DNA of 64,000 nucleotides from an uncultured virus (IMG/VR IMGVR_UViG_3300014059_000009) (IMGVR_UViG_3300014059_000009); one strand, 5' to 3'; counted from the first letter of the stretch, positions 35,531 to 44,415 are shown. Numbers and translations are program-made. The notes: generated by a model not told the origin, from the letters alone.

Positions 35531-35865
35531 GTCGGTTCTCCTTTGGCGGCGCGGATGGCGGCGGCGCGGCAAAGCGCCTTGATCTGATCGGCGTACCAAG
35601 CCGCGCGGGGGTTTTCGTACTTGCCCCCGTGCGAAACATGCGCATATCCAGCTTCGGCGATTTCATTCGGATGAACGCGCCATATATGATCAGCCAAATC
35701 TTGAATGGCTTGATCGCTTGGCATCGCCCGTTCCATCCCCCTCGCCTCGGCTTCCCGGATCAGCGCGGCGACATCGGGCGAGGATGCGAGTTTATGCCTG
35801 TGCGCTTCGGCAAGCTCTGCTCTGTAGGCAGCGTCATTTTCAGCGCACCACTTGTCGTCAGTCAT
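35527..35865 (-). CDS. Hypothetical protein
   Basis: SD AGGAG; EAEARGMERA...AAAIRA. Confidence 0.6.
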   Translation of the reverse strand: MTDDKWCAENDAAYRAELAEAHRHKLASSPDVAALIREAEARGMERAMPSDQAIQDLADHIWRVHPNEIAEAGYAHVSHGGKYENPRAAWYADQIKALCRAAAIRAAKGEPT

Positions 35866-35903
35866 CGTTCTCTCCTGTGGTGATGGCGGCGCAGATGCGG
35901 GGG

Positions 35904-36734
35904 TCATTCGGCGGCGCTCCTGAATAGGTCCGGCTGGTTGCCCCCAAGCGCAGACACGCGGTCTGGCATCAGCGCCGCGTATTCCGGGTTCAACTCGCAG
36001 AGGATGGCGTTGCGCCCGCTCCGAAGGGCCACGCCAGCAGTCGTTCCGCTCCCGCCGAAGGGGTCCAGCACCGTGCCGCCGACAGGGCACCCTGCGAGGA
36101 CGCACGGCTCTATCAGGTCAGGTGGGAAGGCTGCGCTATGCCCGGACCGGCGCTCAGGCTGAATGTCCCACACGCTGCCAAGGGCACAGTAATCCTTGTC
36201 GAAGTGGTAGCGGCGCGACTTGCTGAAAAAGAAGATCGTCTCATGCCGCGAGAAGGGCCGATCCGACACGCCGGCGGTTGTGAAGGAGGCCCGTCGATGC
36301 CAGATAATCTCCTGCCGGAGCGTCCACCCGTCAGTCTGCAATGCGAACGCGACGCGCCACGGGATGCCGACCAAAGACTTTTTGGGTAGCCCCATGCCGG
36401 GGCGGTCTTGCCAGCGATAGAAGTCCCTGCTGAAATTCCGCGAAGGGCTGCGGCCGTCATTTCCGCACGGTTGCCCGTTCCCAGAGTAGTAGGTATCCCC
36501 AAGGTTCAGCCACAGCGTCCCGTCATCCCGCAGAACGCGCCGGACCTCGCGGAACACCTCGACCAGTCGCGCCACGAAGGCGTCAGGCGTGGCCTCTAGC
36601 CCGATCTGCCCAGCCATGCCGTAGTCGCGCAGACCGAAGTAGGGCGGGCTGGTGACGCAGGTATGCACGGACTGATCCGGCAGAGACAGCATCCCTTCGA
36701 TGCAGTCGCCAACGATGACGCGGAAACCGCTCAT
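35904..36734 (-). CDS. N4-cytosine/N6-adenine DNA methyltransferase (beta class)
   Basis: GDC, CVTSPPYFGLRDY, HSAAFPPDL, VLDPFGGSGTT, ELNPEY. Confidence 0.9.
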   Translation of the reverse strand: MSGFRVIVGDCIEGMLSLPDQSVHTCVTSPPYFGLRDYGMAGQIGLEATPDAFVARLVEVFREVRRVLRDDGTLWLNLGDTYYSGNGQPCGNDGRSPSRNFSRDFYRWQDRPGMGLPKKSLVGIPWRVAFALQTDGWTLRQEIIWHRRASFTTAGVSDRPFSRHETIFFFSKSRRYHFDKDYCALGSVWDIQPERRSGHSAAFPPDLIEPCVLAGCPVGGTVLDPFGGSGTTAGVALRSGRNAILCELNPEYAALMPDRVSALGGNQPDLFRSAAE

Positions 36735-36819
36735 GGCGTCTCTCCTCTCGCCGCGCTGGCGATCACGTTGACGCCCAGCCACAGGGCGGAGAGCAGGAGA
36801 TGGCCGGTGGAGGGGTCGA

Positions 36820-37011
36820 TCATGCTTCACCTCTCGCGGCAAGCATGGCGTCGGCATAGACGTATGCATTCGCCGCGAATGTCGCGGCGATTTCCTCGAA
36901 CGTCCCGCCCGGATTGCCGCCGGGGTATGCCAGCAGACCGGATAGCGCCTGCCCCGCGAACCAGTCGCGCAGGGACCAGAGGTTCTCCACGCCCTCATCG
37001 TTCGTTCTCAT
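36820..37011 (-). CDS. Conserved small phage protein
   Basis: SLRDWFAGQALSG...AYVYADAMLAAR motif. Confidence 0.7.
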   Translation of the reverse strand: MRTNDEGVENLWSLRDWFAGQALSGLLAYPGGNPGGTFEEIAATFAANAYVYADAMLAARGEA

Positions 37012-37126
37012 CTGTTCATCCTCGTGGTTATCGCCCCGGCCATGCGACAGGCCGGGGACGGGGGTCAGGGGGTGGGCCGTCTGTCGCGCGGGCCTTGAAG
37101 CTTCCAAGCGTCATATCCGGGGATCT

Positions 37127-37501
37127 TCATCCTTCCTCTCCTCTCGCCGCGCTGGCGCTCTCGGCTGACGGGGTGGGGAGACGTGTCCCGACCTTCTGAT
37201 TGGTGCCATCCCAGACGAACTGCCCATCTTCGCCAACAGGGAAATGGGTGCCGCAGATGGCGCAGAAGGTGCCGCTGTAGAAGAAAGGGTCGCGGGCATA
37301 AGTCTCCGCAAGGGGCTGCGACATGGTGGTCACGCCGCCGCAGGTAAGGTGTCGATAGGACCGGCGCACCGGCTCCTGAAACCCCTTCGCCCGCTCCTCT
37401 TCGGACAGGACGACATAGCCCTTTTGCATTCCCGTCTTGGGGTCGATCTCGCGATGATCCGGGGTGACGGGTGAACCGTCGGTCAGGGTGGTCTTGGTCA
37501 T
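37127..37501 (-). CDS. Conserved Zn-binding phage protein
   Basis: YVVLSEEERAKGF, H..CG, TFCAICGTHFPV. Confidence 0.7.
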   Translation of the reverse strand: MTKTTLTDGSPVTPDHREIDPKTGMQKGYVVLSEEERAKGFQEPVRRSYRHLTCGGVTTMSQPLAETYARDPFFYSGTFCAICGTHFPVGEDGQFVWDGTNQKVGTRLPTPSAESASAARGEEG

Positions 37502-37740
37502 ACGAAAGTCCCTCCAAAGCTGCGCTTCCGATGAACGCGAATGCCAAGAAGCACCATCATCCAAGCCCCCGGCGTAACGCGCTCAAACAGGAACAATCTG
37601 GGCTGCACGGCGACTGACACCATGTTGCTGTGCCCGGTGCCGTAGCCAACAGTGCCGGTTTCCCACATGATGCGGAAAAGTCGAAAGTGGCCCTGTGGAC
37701 CGTCGCGCCGAAGAACCATCTTGAAGCGAAGGTCAGTCAT
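37498..37740 (-). CDS. Hypothetical protein
   Basis: ATGA-coupled. Confidence 0.55.
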   Translation of the reverse strand: MTDLRFKMVLRRDGPQGHFRLFRIMWETGTVGYGTGHSNMVSVAVQPRLFLFERVTPGAWMMVLLGIRVHRKRSFGGTFV

Positions 37741-37952
37741 GACTTTCTCCCGATCTGGAAATTGAAGACACCATCGACGACGTTGAACGACATGGTGTAG
37801 CTGCCGGTCGCGTCTACTTCGGCGACGGGCACCGAAACCTGCCCGCCCAGACGGTTCAGGAAGACGATCAGCAGTTGTTCCTTGAAGGCGTCGATCACAT
37901 CGGCATGGATCGTTGCGCCTGCCGCCCGCGCCGCATCTGTAGCCTTACCCAT
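37737..37952 (-). CDS. Hypothetical protein
   Basis: SD AAGGA; QLLIVFLNRLGGQV. Confidence 0.6.
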   Translation of the reverse strand: MGKATDAARAAGATIHADVIDAFKEQLLIVFLNRLGGQVSVPVAEVDATGSYTMSFNVVDGVFNFQIGRKS

Positions 37953-37980
37953 CCCGTTCATCCTTTCCATGTGTTGCGCG

Positions 37981-38003
37981 CCAGCCCTCAGGGAGAGGGC
38001 TGG
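37981..38003 (-). terminator. Intergenic hairpin in the left operon
   Basis: CCAGCCCTC-AGGGA-GAGGGCTGG. Confidence 0.45.
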
Positions 38004-38023
38004 GCAGAGGGGGTTAGGGGGCG

Positions 38024-38443
38024 CTAATCCGTGTAGGCAACGTATTCAAAATGACCGCTGCCGAACTTGTTAAATCGCCCGCCGAAGCTGCCCTTGACCT
38101 GGGCTTCAACCTCTGCGGGTGTCGCGCCTTCGGGGTAGACGCCGATGCAAAGTTGAGAGGCGTTACTGTGCCCTTCGACCCGCCAGTCGATCTTTGTCGG
38201 GTCTAGAATACGCTTCTTGCGTTCGACTTCGCCGATCGGCAGGTAGATCGTGGTGACTTCCATGATCACCAGTGGGTCATCCTTTTCCTCCCACCCGCAG
38301 ACCGGGCAGAAGCCCCGCAGCGACGTGCAGGACCAGCACGGCGGGCTGATGTGGCAGGGGCAGTTTTCGGAGCGGTGCTGCGCGATCACCCCATCGCATC
38401 CGTTGCGCCCGCAGCTGTCGCCCTCGGTGTATCCCAAGCCCAT
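38024..38443 (-). CDS. Cys-rich Zn-finger protein
   Basis: CGRNGCDG, CPCHISPPCWSC, CPVCGW. Confidence 0.7.
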   Translation of the reverse strand: MGLGYTEGDSCGRNGCDGVIAQHRSENCPCHISPPCWSCTSLRGFCPVCGWEEKDDPLVIMEVTTIYLPIGEVERKKRILDPTKIDWRVEGHSNASQLCIGVYPEGATPAEVEAQVKGSFGGRFNKFGSGHFEYVAYTD

Positions 38444-38444
38444 C

Positions 38445-38678
38445 TCAGCACCCACACCCGTTGCCGCCATCATCCGGCCCGTTGCAGGTGCAGTCCGAGC
38501 CGCCCCCGCCAGCGATGATCGCGAGGATACCGATGCCGACGATCACGGGCACAACCCACTTGCCGCCGTCACCCTGGGGGCGAACATCGGCAATGGGCGG
38601 TTCTTCGGTCACGATCACCGGGCCGCCGGAAAAGGCGGGCGATGCGAGGAGGGCGGTGAGGAGGAGTATGCGGTGCAT
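38445..38678 (-). CDS. Small secreted/membrane-anchored protein
   Basis: Signal peptide ending SPAFS, internal TM, Cys/Gly tail; SD AAGGA. Confidence 0.7.
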   Translation of the reverse strand: MHRILLLTALLASPAFSGGPVIVTEEPPIADVRPQGDGGKWVVPVIVGIGILAIIAGGGGSDCTCNGPDDGGNGCGC

Positions 38679-38689
38679 GGTCAGTCCTT

Positions 38690-39076
38690 TCAGGGGTTGG
38701 GGTTGAGTTCACCGGCCAGCGCATCCGCCACCTTCGCCAACAGCGTCTTGCTGTCGCCGTGGGCTGCGTAGAAGGCGCGCGGGCTGTAGTGGTAGGCACC
38801 TTCGCCAAACTCCCGGCGATGGTGCGGCGGGCAGAGAGGCAGGACGCGGAAGTCGTTCCGGGGCGTGTCTTCGTGGTGGACTTCGACGGGCCAAGCGCCG
38901 CAGACGAGGCACCGAAGCTGCGCAACGCGGCCCATGTGTGCCAAACCTTCTTGCCGTTCCGGGCTGGCGAGATAGGCGGCGCGCTTGGCTGACAGGCGGC
39001 GGATGGCCTTGCGGCTGGCCTTCTTGACAGAGGGTTGCTTCTGGCCCAAGGGGCCGCGCATGGCGAGGTCGGTCAT
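38690..39076 (-). CDS. Ref/DUF968-like HNH recombination nuclease
   Basis: HMGRVAQLRCLVCG..VEVHH...VLPLCPPHHR. Confidence 0.7.
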   Translation of the reverse strand: MTDLAMRGPLGQKQPSVKKASRKAIRRLSAKRAAYLASPERQEGLAHMGRVAQLRCLVCGAWPVEVHHEDTPRNDFRVLPLCPPHHRREFGEGAYHYSPRAFYAAHGDSKTLLAKVADALAGELNPNP

Positions 39077-39432
39077 GCCGCCACCTCGACTGCATGAGGC
39101 AGCATGCGCAGGGGCTTTTGGCTGGCGATAACCAGCTGAGTGCCTGTCTCGATCAGAACGTCGCAGGCAGATGCGTCGGCGATGTGGAAGCCCAAGTCGT
39201 AGAGCCTGAAAATCTCCATCGGTGAAAACCAAGACAGCAGCCCCTCACGCCCGCGAACCGCGCAGCCAATGTGCATCCCCCTCTTGTGGGCATCCGCCAC
39301 ATAGTCGAGGAAGTCGGGTCGCTCGTCATAGATGGGCGGGGGTTGTTCGGTGCGGAACGAGTCCACCCACTGCGCGGAAAGGCCCGGCATCCAAGGCCCC
39401 CGGCCCTGCTTATTCTGGATGCGAAGGATCAT
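39073..39432 (-). CDS. Hypothetical protein
   Basis: ATGA-coupled; GRGP...LLSWFS. Confidence 0.6.
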   Translation of the reverse strand: MILRIQNKQGRGPWMPGLSAQWVDSFRTEQPPPIYDERPDFLDYVADAHKRGMHIGCAVRGREGLLSWFSPMEIFRLYDLGFHIADASACDVLIETGTQLVIASQKPLRMLPHAVEVAA

Positions 39433-39941
39433 CCTGCCCTCCGCAGTTCTTCGGCATCGACGCCGATCTGTGCCGCTATCCAGTTCAGGACCGCCTGCTT
39501 CGACTCTTGGAACCGCTTGCCGCCCATCGCCCTCTGGGACTGGCTCTGCGGAACCCAAACCGTCACGATGGGGCCGCGCACCTGCGCTATGGCGTAGCCG
39601 TGCGCTCCAATCTCGGCGCGCTTCAACACGGCCCCGATGCGCTCAGCGGTCGCTCTGGCCCCGCAGTCGGTGGTGTAGCTGTCGGCATACCCGCATTCGA
39701 TGAGCGCGCGCTTCCGCATGGTATCCGGGCTTGCCGCCCAATCCATGTGGTGCAGCCGCTCTGGCAGGTGCCGCCAAGCATCTGCAATTTCCGCAAACTG
39801 ATGGTTGTGGGAAGAATTCGAACGCGGGTGATCCACTTCCACAATCACCACGTCACCCGGTTCCATCGCTTCACGGGCGGCGGACAGGCCGTAGTGCCCG
39901 GTCGGGGTGAGGGTGTCGCCATTCCAGCGCGCCCGGAACAT
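39429..39941 (-). CDS. NinB/DUF1367-like recombination accessory protein
   Basis: PRSNSSHNHQFA, RKRALIECGY, PQSQS..AM...F. Confidence 0.6.
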   Translation of the reverse strand: MFRARWNGDTLTPTGHYGLSAAREAMEPGDVVIVEVDHPRSNSSHNHQFAEIADAWRHLPERLHHMDWAASPDTMRKRALIECGYADSYTTDCGARATAERIGAVLKRAEIGAHGYAIAQVRGPIVTVWVPQSQSQRAMGGKRFQESKQAVLNWIAAQIGVDAEELRRAG

Positions 39942-40126
39942 CAGCCCGCCCCCCACATGACTTTCGGCATGTCATCCCACACCCGGCGCACGAGGTCGGC
40001 GTGTTCCTTGCCCAGCGAAGCCGTGGCGAAGGCGATGCAGCCCTCCGCGTCCTTGCCTTGGGCGAATGCGTTGCCAAGTTGAATGCGGGCGGCGGCTTCC
40101 ATGTCGCGGGTGAAGCGGGCGTTCAT
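39941..40126 (-). CDS. Hypothetical protein
   Basis: Coupled between erf and ninB-like genes. Confidence 0.55.
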   Translation of the reverse strand: MNARFTRDMEAAARIQLGNAFAQGKDAEGCIAFATASLGKEHADLVRRVWDDMPKVMWGAG

Positions 40127-40737
40127 GCTGCCACCCTCTCGCCAGCGGCCTTGAACGCGGCGACGAAGGCGTCATACCGGTCCGTGTCGTTGGTTTTCAG
40201 GGCAATGCGGGCGTCGGCCTCGTCGGCCCAGACGCTTTCCAGATCGGGGCGGGTCTTGGCGTTCGCCACGAGGCCAAGAAGGCGCTTCTGGCAGCCTTCC
40301 GCGTTGAACGGCGGAACCGCCGGATCGACTTGCGAGTGCGGGATGCTGTCCATGTCCGGGTCGTCCCCGGTTTCCAGCCCGAGGGCCTTGAGCAGCGCAT
40401 ATTTCACTGCGTAGGACATGGCCTTGCCCGGCCCCTTGTCCTGGGGATCGATGCCATAGCCAAAGGTGGGCACGTCGAAGAAGTCTGCCGGGTCGTCCAC
40501 GTTGACGAAGCGCACGGTCATGCCGCACTCGGCGCGGTTGCCGTTGTGCTGAAACTCGCACCGGACGGGGTAGTAGACGATCCCCTGCGCCAGCAGAGCG
40601 GGCCGAACCTTCGCCGTCACCGCGTCGTGCGAGACGATGGTGTAGTTCATGCCCTGCTTGCGTTCCTTCTGGATGTAGGTCACGTCCGCCATGACGGCGG
40701 CAAGGCCTTGGTGAATGTTCTTCGGCTTGTCCATCAT
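40123..40737 (-). CDS. erf: ERF-family single-strand annealing protein
   Basis: NIHQGLAAVMADV, DKGPGKAMSYAVKYALLKALGLETGDDPD. Confidence 0.85.
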   Translation of the reverse strand: MMDKPKNIHQGLAAVMADVTYIQKERKQGMNYTIVSHDAVTAKVRPALLAQGIVYYPVRCEFQHNGNRAECGMTVRFVNVDDPADFFDVPTFGYGIDPQDKGPGKAMSYAVKYALLKALGLETGDDPDMDSIPHSQVDPAVPPFNAEGCQKRLLGLVANAKTRPDLESVWADEADARIALKTNDTDRYDAFVAAFKAAGERVAA

Positions 40738-40958
40738 TCTTCCTCGATCACAGTGCCCGCCGCCCGCTCACGGGCATCAAGGGCTTGGTCAAAGGCCCGC
40801 AGCCGAAGCCGCAAGGCGCGCATATCGTGCAGGTCTTCCTCGCTGCATTCCGCCCCGCTCATGAGCCGTTCCGTCAGCCGCTCGATCCCGCCCAACAGGA
40901 CGTATTCCCAGACAGGGCGGCGGCGCAGAGTGCTTTGAATGCGGGGCAGGCCTGTCAT
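40734..40958 (-). CDS. Hypothetical protein
   Basis: ATGA-coupled. Confidence 0.55.
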   Translation of the reverse strand: MTGLPRIQSTLRRRPVWEYVLLGGIERLTERLMSGAECSEEDLHDMRALRLRLRAFDQALDARERAAGTVIEEE

Positions 40959-41116
40959 GTCCGCCCCTTGATCTGGGCGATGAGTTCAAGGCAGCGGCGG
41001 CGGTATTTGGCCATCCGAAGCCCAAGCTTCTTGGCAACCCGGTAGTCGTGCAGCGGGTAGTAGAGCCAGTCCTGCAACGGGTGACGCGGGGTATGGGCGG
41101 GGGCGCGGCGGGTCAT
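40955..41116 (-). CDS. Hypothetical basic protein (53 aa)
   Basis: Hand-translated MTRRAPAHTPRHPLQDW...; coupled on both sides. Confidence 0.5.
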   Translation of the reverse strand: MTRRAPAHTPRHPLQDWLYYPLHDYRVAKKLGLRMAKYRRRCLELIAQIKGRT

Positions 41117-41514
41117 GGCAGCACCAGCGTTTCAAAGGCCATCGCCACAAGCACCGCGATCCCCATACCGACGCACACCGCGCGAAAGGCAGCACCGTGA
41201 CGAACGAACACGTCCGCCGGGGTTTCGGCGGCTGCCTTCGCGGCCTCGTGTGCCAGTTGGCGTTCCTTGCGGTTCAGGGTGAGGATCATGGCGTCGGCGG
41301 TGAGGTAGTCGTTGCCGTCGCCCCACGCTTGCAGGGTGGCGCAGGCGTCACGCAGCTCCTGATCGGTGTAGTATTTCGGCGACCGAAGAACCTGCCGAGC
41401 GATGCGAACCCAGTCGGCCCGCTCCGCCGCTATGTTGGCGTTGCGCTGGTGTGCGTTGAGCCGGTCAAAGACGGTGGTGTCGAGCGGAAGGCGGATGACG
41501 TTGTGCGTGGTCAT
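41113..41514 (-). CDS. Hypothetical protein with C-terminal TM
   Basis: MTTHNVIRLP...; hydrophobic C-terminus. Confidence 0.6.
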   Translation of the reverse strand: MTTHNVIRLPLDTTVFDRLNAHQRNANIAAERADWVRIARQVLRSPKYYTDQELRDACATLQAWGDGNDYLTADAMILTLNRKERQLAHEAAKAAAETPADVFVRHGAAFRAVCVGMGIAVLVAMAFETLVLP

Positions 41515-41675
41515 GCTGCGCGCCCCTGTCTGACGGAAATTGCGGTCTTCACATCGTCCAGCGCCAGGCGGTAGCCGAGGACGCAGGACGCGCTCACGTC
41601 GGCGTCGGCACTGATCCGGGCGAGAATGCGCTCCATGAGGGCGACAAGTTCGGTGCGGTTGATCAGGTCGGTCAT
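41511..41675 (-). CDS. Hypothetical protein (54 aa)
   Basis: MTDLINRTELV...; SD GAGGAGG. Confidence 0.55.
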   Translation of the reverse strand: MTDLINRTELVALMERILARISADADVSASCVLGYRLALDDVKTAISVRQGRAA

Positions 41676-41947
41676 CACGCAGCCTCCTCATCCCAAGACA
41701 TGTTGCGTTCCGGGTTCCACGTTTCCGGGACGTAATGCGCCTCGATCCGCTCAACCTCGACAGCGCCCAGCCAGTCGCAAAGCTGTTCCCGGCTCAGTTG
41801 CAGTTTGCCAAGCGTCACGGTTTCCAGCGTGAGCGTCGGCAGATCATCGTCATGGCTGATCCACGTCGAGAAGGTCGCGGGCGCTTCAACGCAGCCGTGC
41901 CCCTCGTCCAGTTCGATCTCGGTGGTGAAGTCAGGTCCGTAGCTCAT
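41675..41947 (-). CDS. Acidic hypothetical protein, first gene of left operon
   Basis: SD GGGAGAG before ATG 41947. Confidence 0.65.
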   Translation of the reverse strand: MSYGPDFTTEIELDEGHGCVEAPATFSTWISHDDDLPTLTLETVTLGKLQLSREQLCDWLGAVEVERIEAHYVPETWNPERNMSWDEEAA

Positions 41948-41993
41948 GGCGGTCTCTCCCGTGCTGCCCGGTGGGGCGTGGCGCATGAGGGAG

Positions 41994-42113
41994 ATAGTGT
42001 CACAAGTTGCGACACACAGTCAAGGGGGCGCTGGCAAAAAATGTCACGATATGCGACACTCTCCAACGCCACCCTCTTGACTGTAGTGTCGCAATGTGTG
42101 ACAAACTATAGTC
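41994..42113. promoter_or_regulatory. Divergent promoters with three 19-bp operators
   Basis: GTGTCACAAGTTGCGACAC (41997-42015), ATGTCACGATATGCGACAC (42041-42059), GTGTCGCAATGTGTGACAA (42086-42104); TTGACT on minus (42023-42018) and plus (42077-42082). Confidence 0.85.
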
Positions 42114-42458
42114 ATGCAAGCACTCGCAAAACACATCCAGTCGAGGCCAGGCCTGACAAACGCCCAATGGGCGGAACGTCTTGGGGTCTCCCGTCCATAC
42201 CTTCACGCCTTGCTGAACGAGGATCGCCAGCCGAGCCTTGAGACGGCGGTAGAGATCGAGCGCGCGACAAACGGGGAAGTCCCGGTTGCGTCTTGGCCAA
42301 GTTTTGCGGCGGTTGTGGCGGCAGTGGGCGCATCAGTGATCCCCCAGGGGAATGACGTTGTGCTGCCCGACGTTCTCCCGCCTGTTGCGGACAATGAGGA
42401 TGATACGGGCCTGACTGTTTCGCAAGGTGGGGAAATCCACACCGGGGGCGAAGCATGA
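42114..42458 (+). CDS. Cro-like XRE HTH regulator
   Basis: TNAQWAERLGVSRPYLHALLN..RQPSLETAVEIERATNGEV; no SD, possibly leaderless. Confidence 0.85.
   Translation: MQALAKHIQSRPGLTNAQWAERLGVSRPYLHALLNEDRQPSLETAVEIERATNGEVPVASWPSFAAVVAAVGASVIPQGNDVVLPDVLPPVADNEDDTGLTVSQGGEIHTGGEA
42284..42360 (+). repeat. 77-nt exact direct repeat, copy 2
   Basis: Identical to 1-77. Confidence 0.95.
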
Positions 42459-42751
42459 ACGTCCACACCGAAGTCTGCCCGCCCGGCTTTGTCTACTGCA
42501 TCATTCACCACGAACGGCGGGCCGTGAAGATCGGCTTTAGCCGCCAGCCGGTTCGCAGGTTGGCGCAGATGCAAACCGCATCGCCGGATCGGCTAACGCT
42601 ATTCGACAAGCTTCCCGGCGACCGATCCCTTGAGGCCGCATTTCACCACACCCTCGCTGACCGCCGCATGACTGGCGAGTGGTTCGACAACCGCGACGGC
42701 CAGGTGACGGACCTTTTCGGGCGCATGGCTTGGGAGGCGCGGACAGCATGA
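42455..42751 (+). CDS. GIY-YIG/T5orf172-family protein
   Basis: FVYCI, VKIGFS..PVRRLAQMQT, LEAAFH, GEWF. Confidence 0.8.
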   Translation: MNVHTEVCPPGFVYCIIHHERRAVKIGFSRQPVRRLAQMQTASPDRLTLFDKLPGDRSLEAAFHHTLADRRMTGEWFDNRDGQVTDLFGRMAWEARTA

Positions 42752-43716
42752 ACGCTCACGCCCCCCTCGTCCACTATAACGCCGCTTGCATGGCGCTTGC
42801 CGCAGCGAAGTCCACCGATGAGGTGAAGGACTGGCGCGACAAGGCCGAGGCCATGCGGGCCTATGCCCACCAGTCCAAGAACCGCCAGCTTGAGATTGAC
42901 GCCGCCGAAATTCGCATCCGGGCCGAGCGTCGGTTAGGTGAATTGCTCATTGAACAGAAGGCAACCGTTGGGCTGAACTCGGGCGGAAGGCCAGCCAAAG
43001 AAACCCCTCCCCATCGGGAAGGGGTTTGGGATGAAAGCCCCGCGCTGGCAGATATTGGCGTCAGCTACAAGCTTTCCAGCCATGCGCAGAAGGTTGCGGC
43101 CATCCCTGAAGCCGAGTTTGAAGGCATTGTCGGGCAATGGCGCGACACGCTGGAAACCGAAAACGAGCGCGTCACCACCAACATCATCGCGGCGGCAGAG
43201 AAGGCAGCGGCGAAACCCTTCGTCGCCAACAACACCGGCAACAACGAGTGGTATACGCCCCCGGCCATCATTGAAGCTGCGCGCGAGGTTCTGGGCGGGT
43301 TCGACCTGGACCCTGCTTCATCGGAAATTGCGAACGCCACTGTTCAGGCCCCGCTGTTCTACACCGCCGAATTGGACGGACTGGCGCAAGACTGGCCCAT
43401 TGGCCGGATCTGGTGCAACCCACCCTATGCAACCGGCCTGATTGGCAGGTTCGCGACCCGACTGGCGGCAGAGTTTCGGCGCGGTTCCACGGGGATCGTG
43501 TTGACAAACAACGCCACTGAAACCGCATGGTTTCAGGAACTGGCGGGGGTTTCCAGCGCTATCTGTTTCCCGCTGTCGCGTGTCCGGTTCCTGCGCCCGG
43601 AAGGCGAGGCGGGGGCACCGCTACAGGGGCAGGCCATCTTCTACAGCGGCGATGATGCTGACGGCTTTGCCGCTCGTTTCGCCTCCTTCGGAATCGTGGT
43701 GCGCCATGGGCTTTGA
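42748..43716 (+). CDS. Phage Dam-type N6-adenine methyltransferase with N-terminal extension
   Basis: NEWYTP, FDLDPAS, IWCNPPY, NNATETAWFQ, RVRF. Confidence 0.85.
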   Translation: MNAHAPLVHYNAACMALAAAKSTDEVKDWRDKAEAMRAYAHQSKNRQLEIDAAEIRIRAERRLGELLIEQKATVGLNSGGRPAKETPPHREGVWDESPALADIGVSYKLSSHAQKVAAIPEAEFEGIVGQWRDTLETENERVTTNIIAAAEKAAAKPFVANNTGNNEWYTPPAIIEAAREVLGGFDLDPASSEIANATVQAPLFYTAELDGLAQDWPIGRIWCNPPYATGLIGRFATRLAAEFRRGSTGIVLTNNATETAWFQELAGVSSAICFPLSRVRFLRPEGEAGAPLQGQAIFYSGDDADGFAARFASFGIVVRHGL

Positions 43717-44242
43717 GCAGAAACTTGCGCAAGGCCGAGTTGGCGAAGGGGCCATATCCAAATGGCTGCAAGGCCGTGGGCATTCGGTATTCCCCGCCTA
43801 TGAGATCGAGAAACACAGCGGCAAGGGGCCACAGCTTTTCGCGTCATCCGGGGATCTTGTCCTGCCCGATCTTCTGGCGTTCCGCGCTGGGGAAATTCGC
43901 TGGTTCGAGGCCAAGCACAAGACCTGCTTCACCTGGCATCGCATCAGCGGGAAGTGGACGACCGGAATCGACCTTCGCCACTACGACGAATACCAGGCTG
44001 TTGCCGCGCGCACGGGCCTGCCGGTGTGGCTTCTGTTCCTCCACCCCAAAGCCGAACCGTCCGCCGCAGATCGTGAACACGGCTGCCCGGACACTTGCCC
44101 CACCGGGCTATTTGGCAACGACCTGATCGTCCTGACACAGACGGAAAGCCACCGTTCCGACCGGCATGGAAAGAGCGGAATGGTTTATTGGGCCGTCGAC
44201 CAGCTTCGCCTTGTCGCCCCGGCGAACGAGGTGTCCGCATGA
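43706..44242 (+). CDS. Putative PD-(D/E)XK nuclease
   Basis: GRVGE, LPDLLAF...WFEAKHK, TGID. Confidence 0.7.
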   Translation: MGFEQKLAQGRVGEGAISKWLQGRGHSVFPAYEIEKHSGKGPQLFASSGDLVLPDLLAFRAGEIRWFEAKHKTCFTWHRISGKWTTGIDLRHYDEYQAVAARTGLPVWLLFLHPKAEPSAADREHGCPDTCPTGLFGNDLIVLTQTESHRSDRHGKSGMVYWAVDQLRLVAPANEVSA

Positions 44243-44415
44243 CCGCCCTTGAAGCCCTTGCCAACGCCACCATCGGCTTTGCCGTCTCCTGGGCCGCGAC
44301 ATTCTTTGTGCTGGGCTACAGCGCCCCGGCAAGCCTTGGCGTCACGGCCATGTTCTTCGGCCTTTCCTTCACCCGCAGCTACGTCCTGCGCCGCATTTTC
44401 GCGAGGCTTGCATGA
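44239..44415 (+). CDS. Small two-TM membrane protein
   Basis: Near-identical to 1928..2104. Confidence 0.8.
   Translation: MTALEALANATIGFAVSWAATFFVLGYSAPASLGVTAMFFGLSFTRSYVLRRIFARLA

Larger units (their letters stand above)
1..42283. mobile_element. Phage genome unit A, complete and circularly permuted, P22-like podovirus organisation
   Basis: Ordered replication, terminase, portal, scaffold, capsid, adaptor/nozzle, ejection, fibre, lysis and leftward recombination modules; sequence returns to its own first 77 nt at 42284. Confidence 0.9.

Noticed and set aside
37008..37130. TGA readthrough in MKIPGYDAWKL ORF suggesting recoding
   Set aside because: TGA is the normal stop throughout the window; more likely a decayed gene
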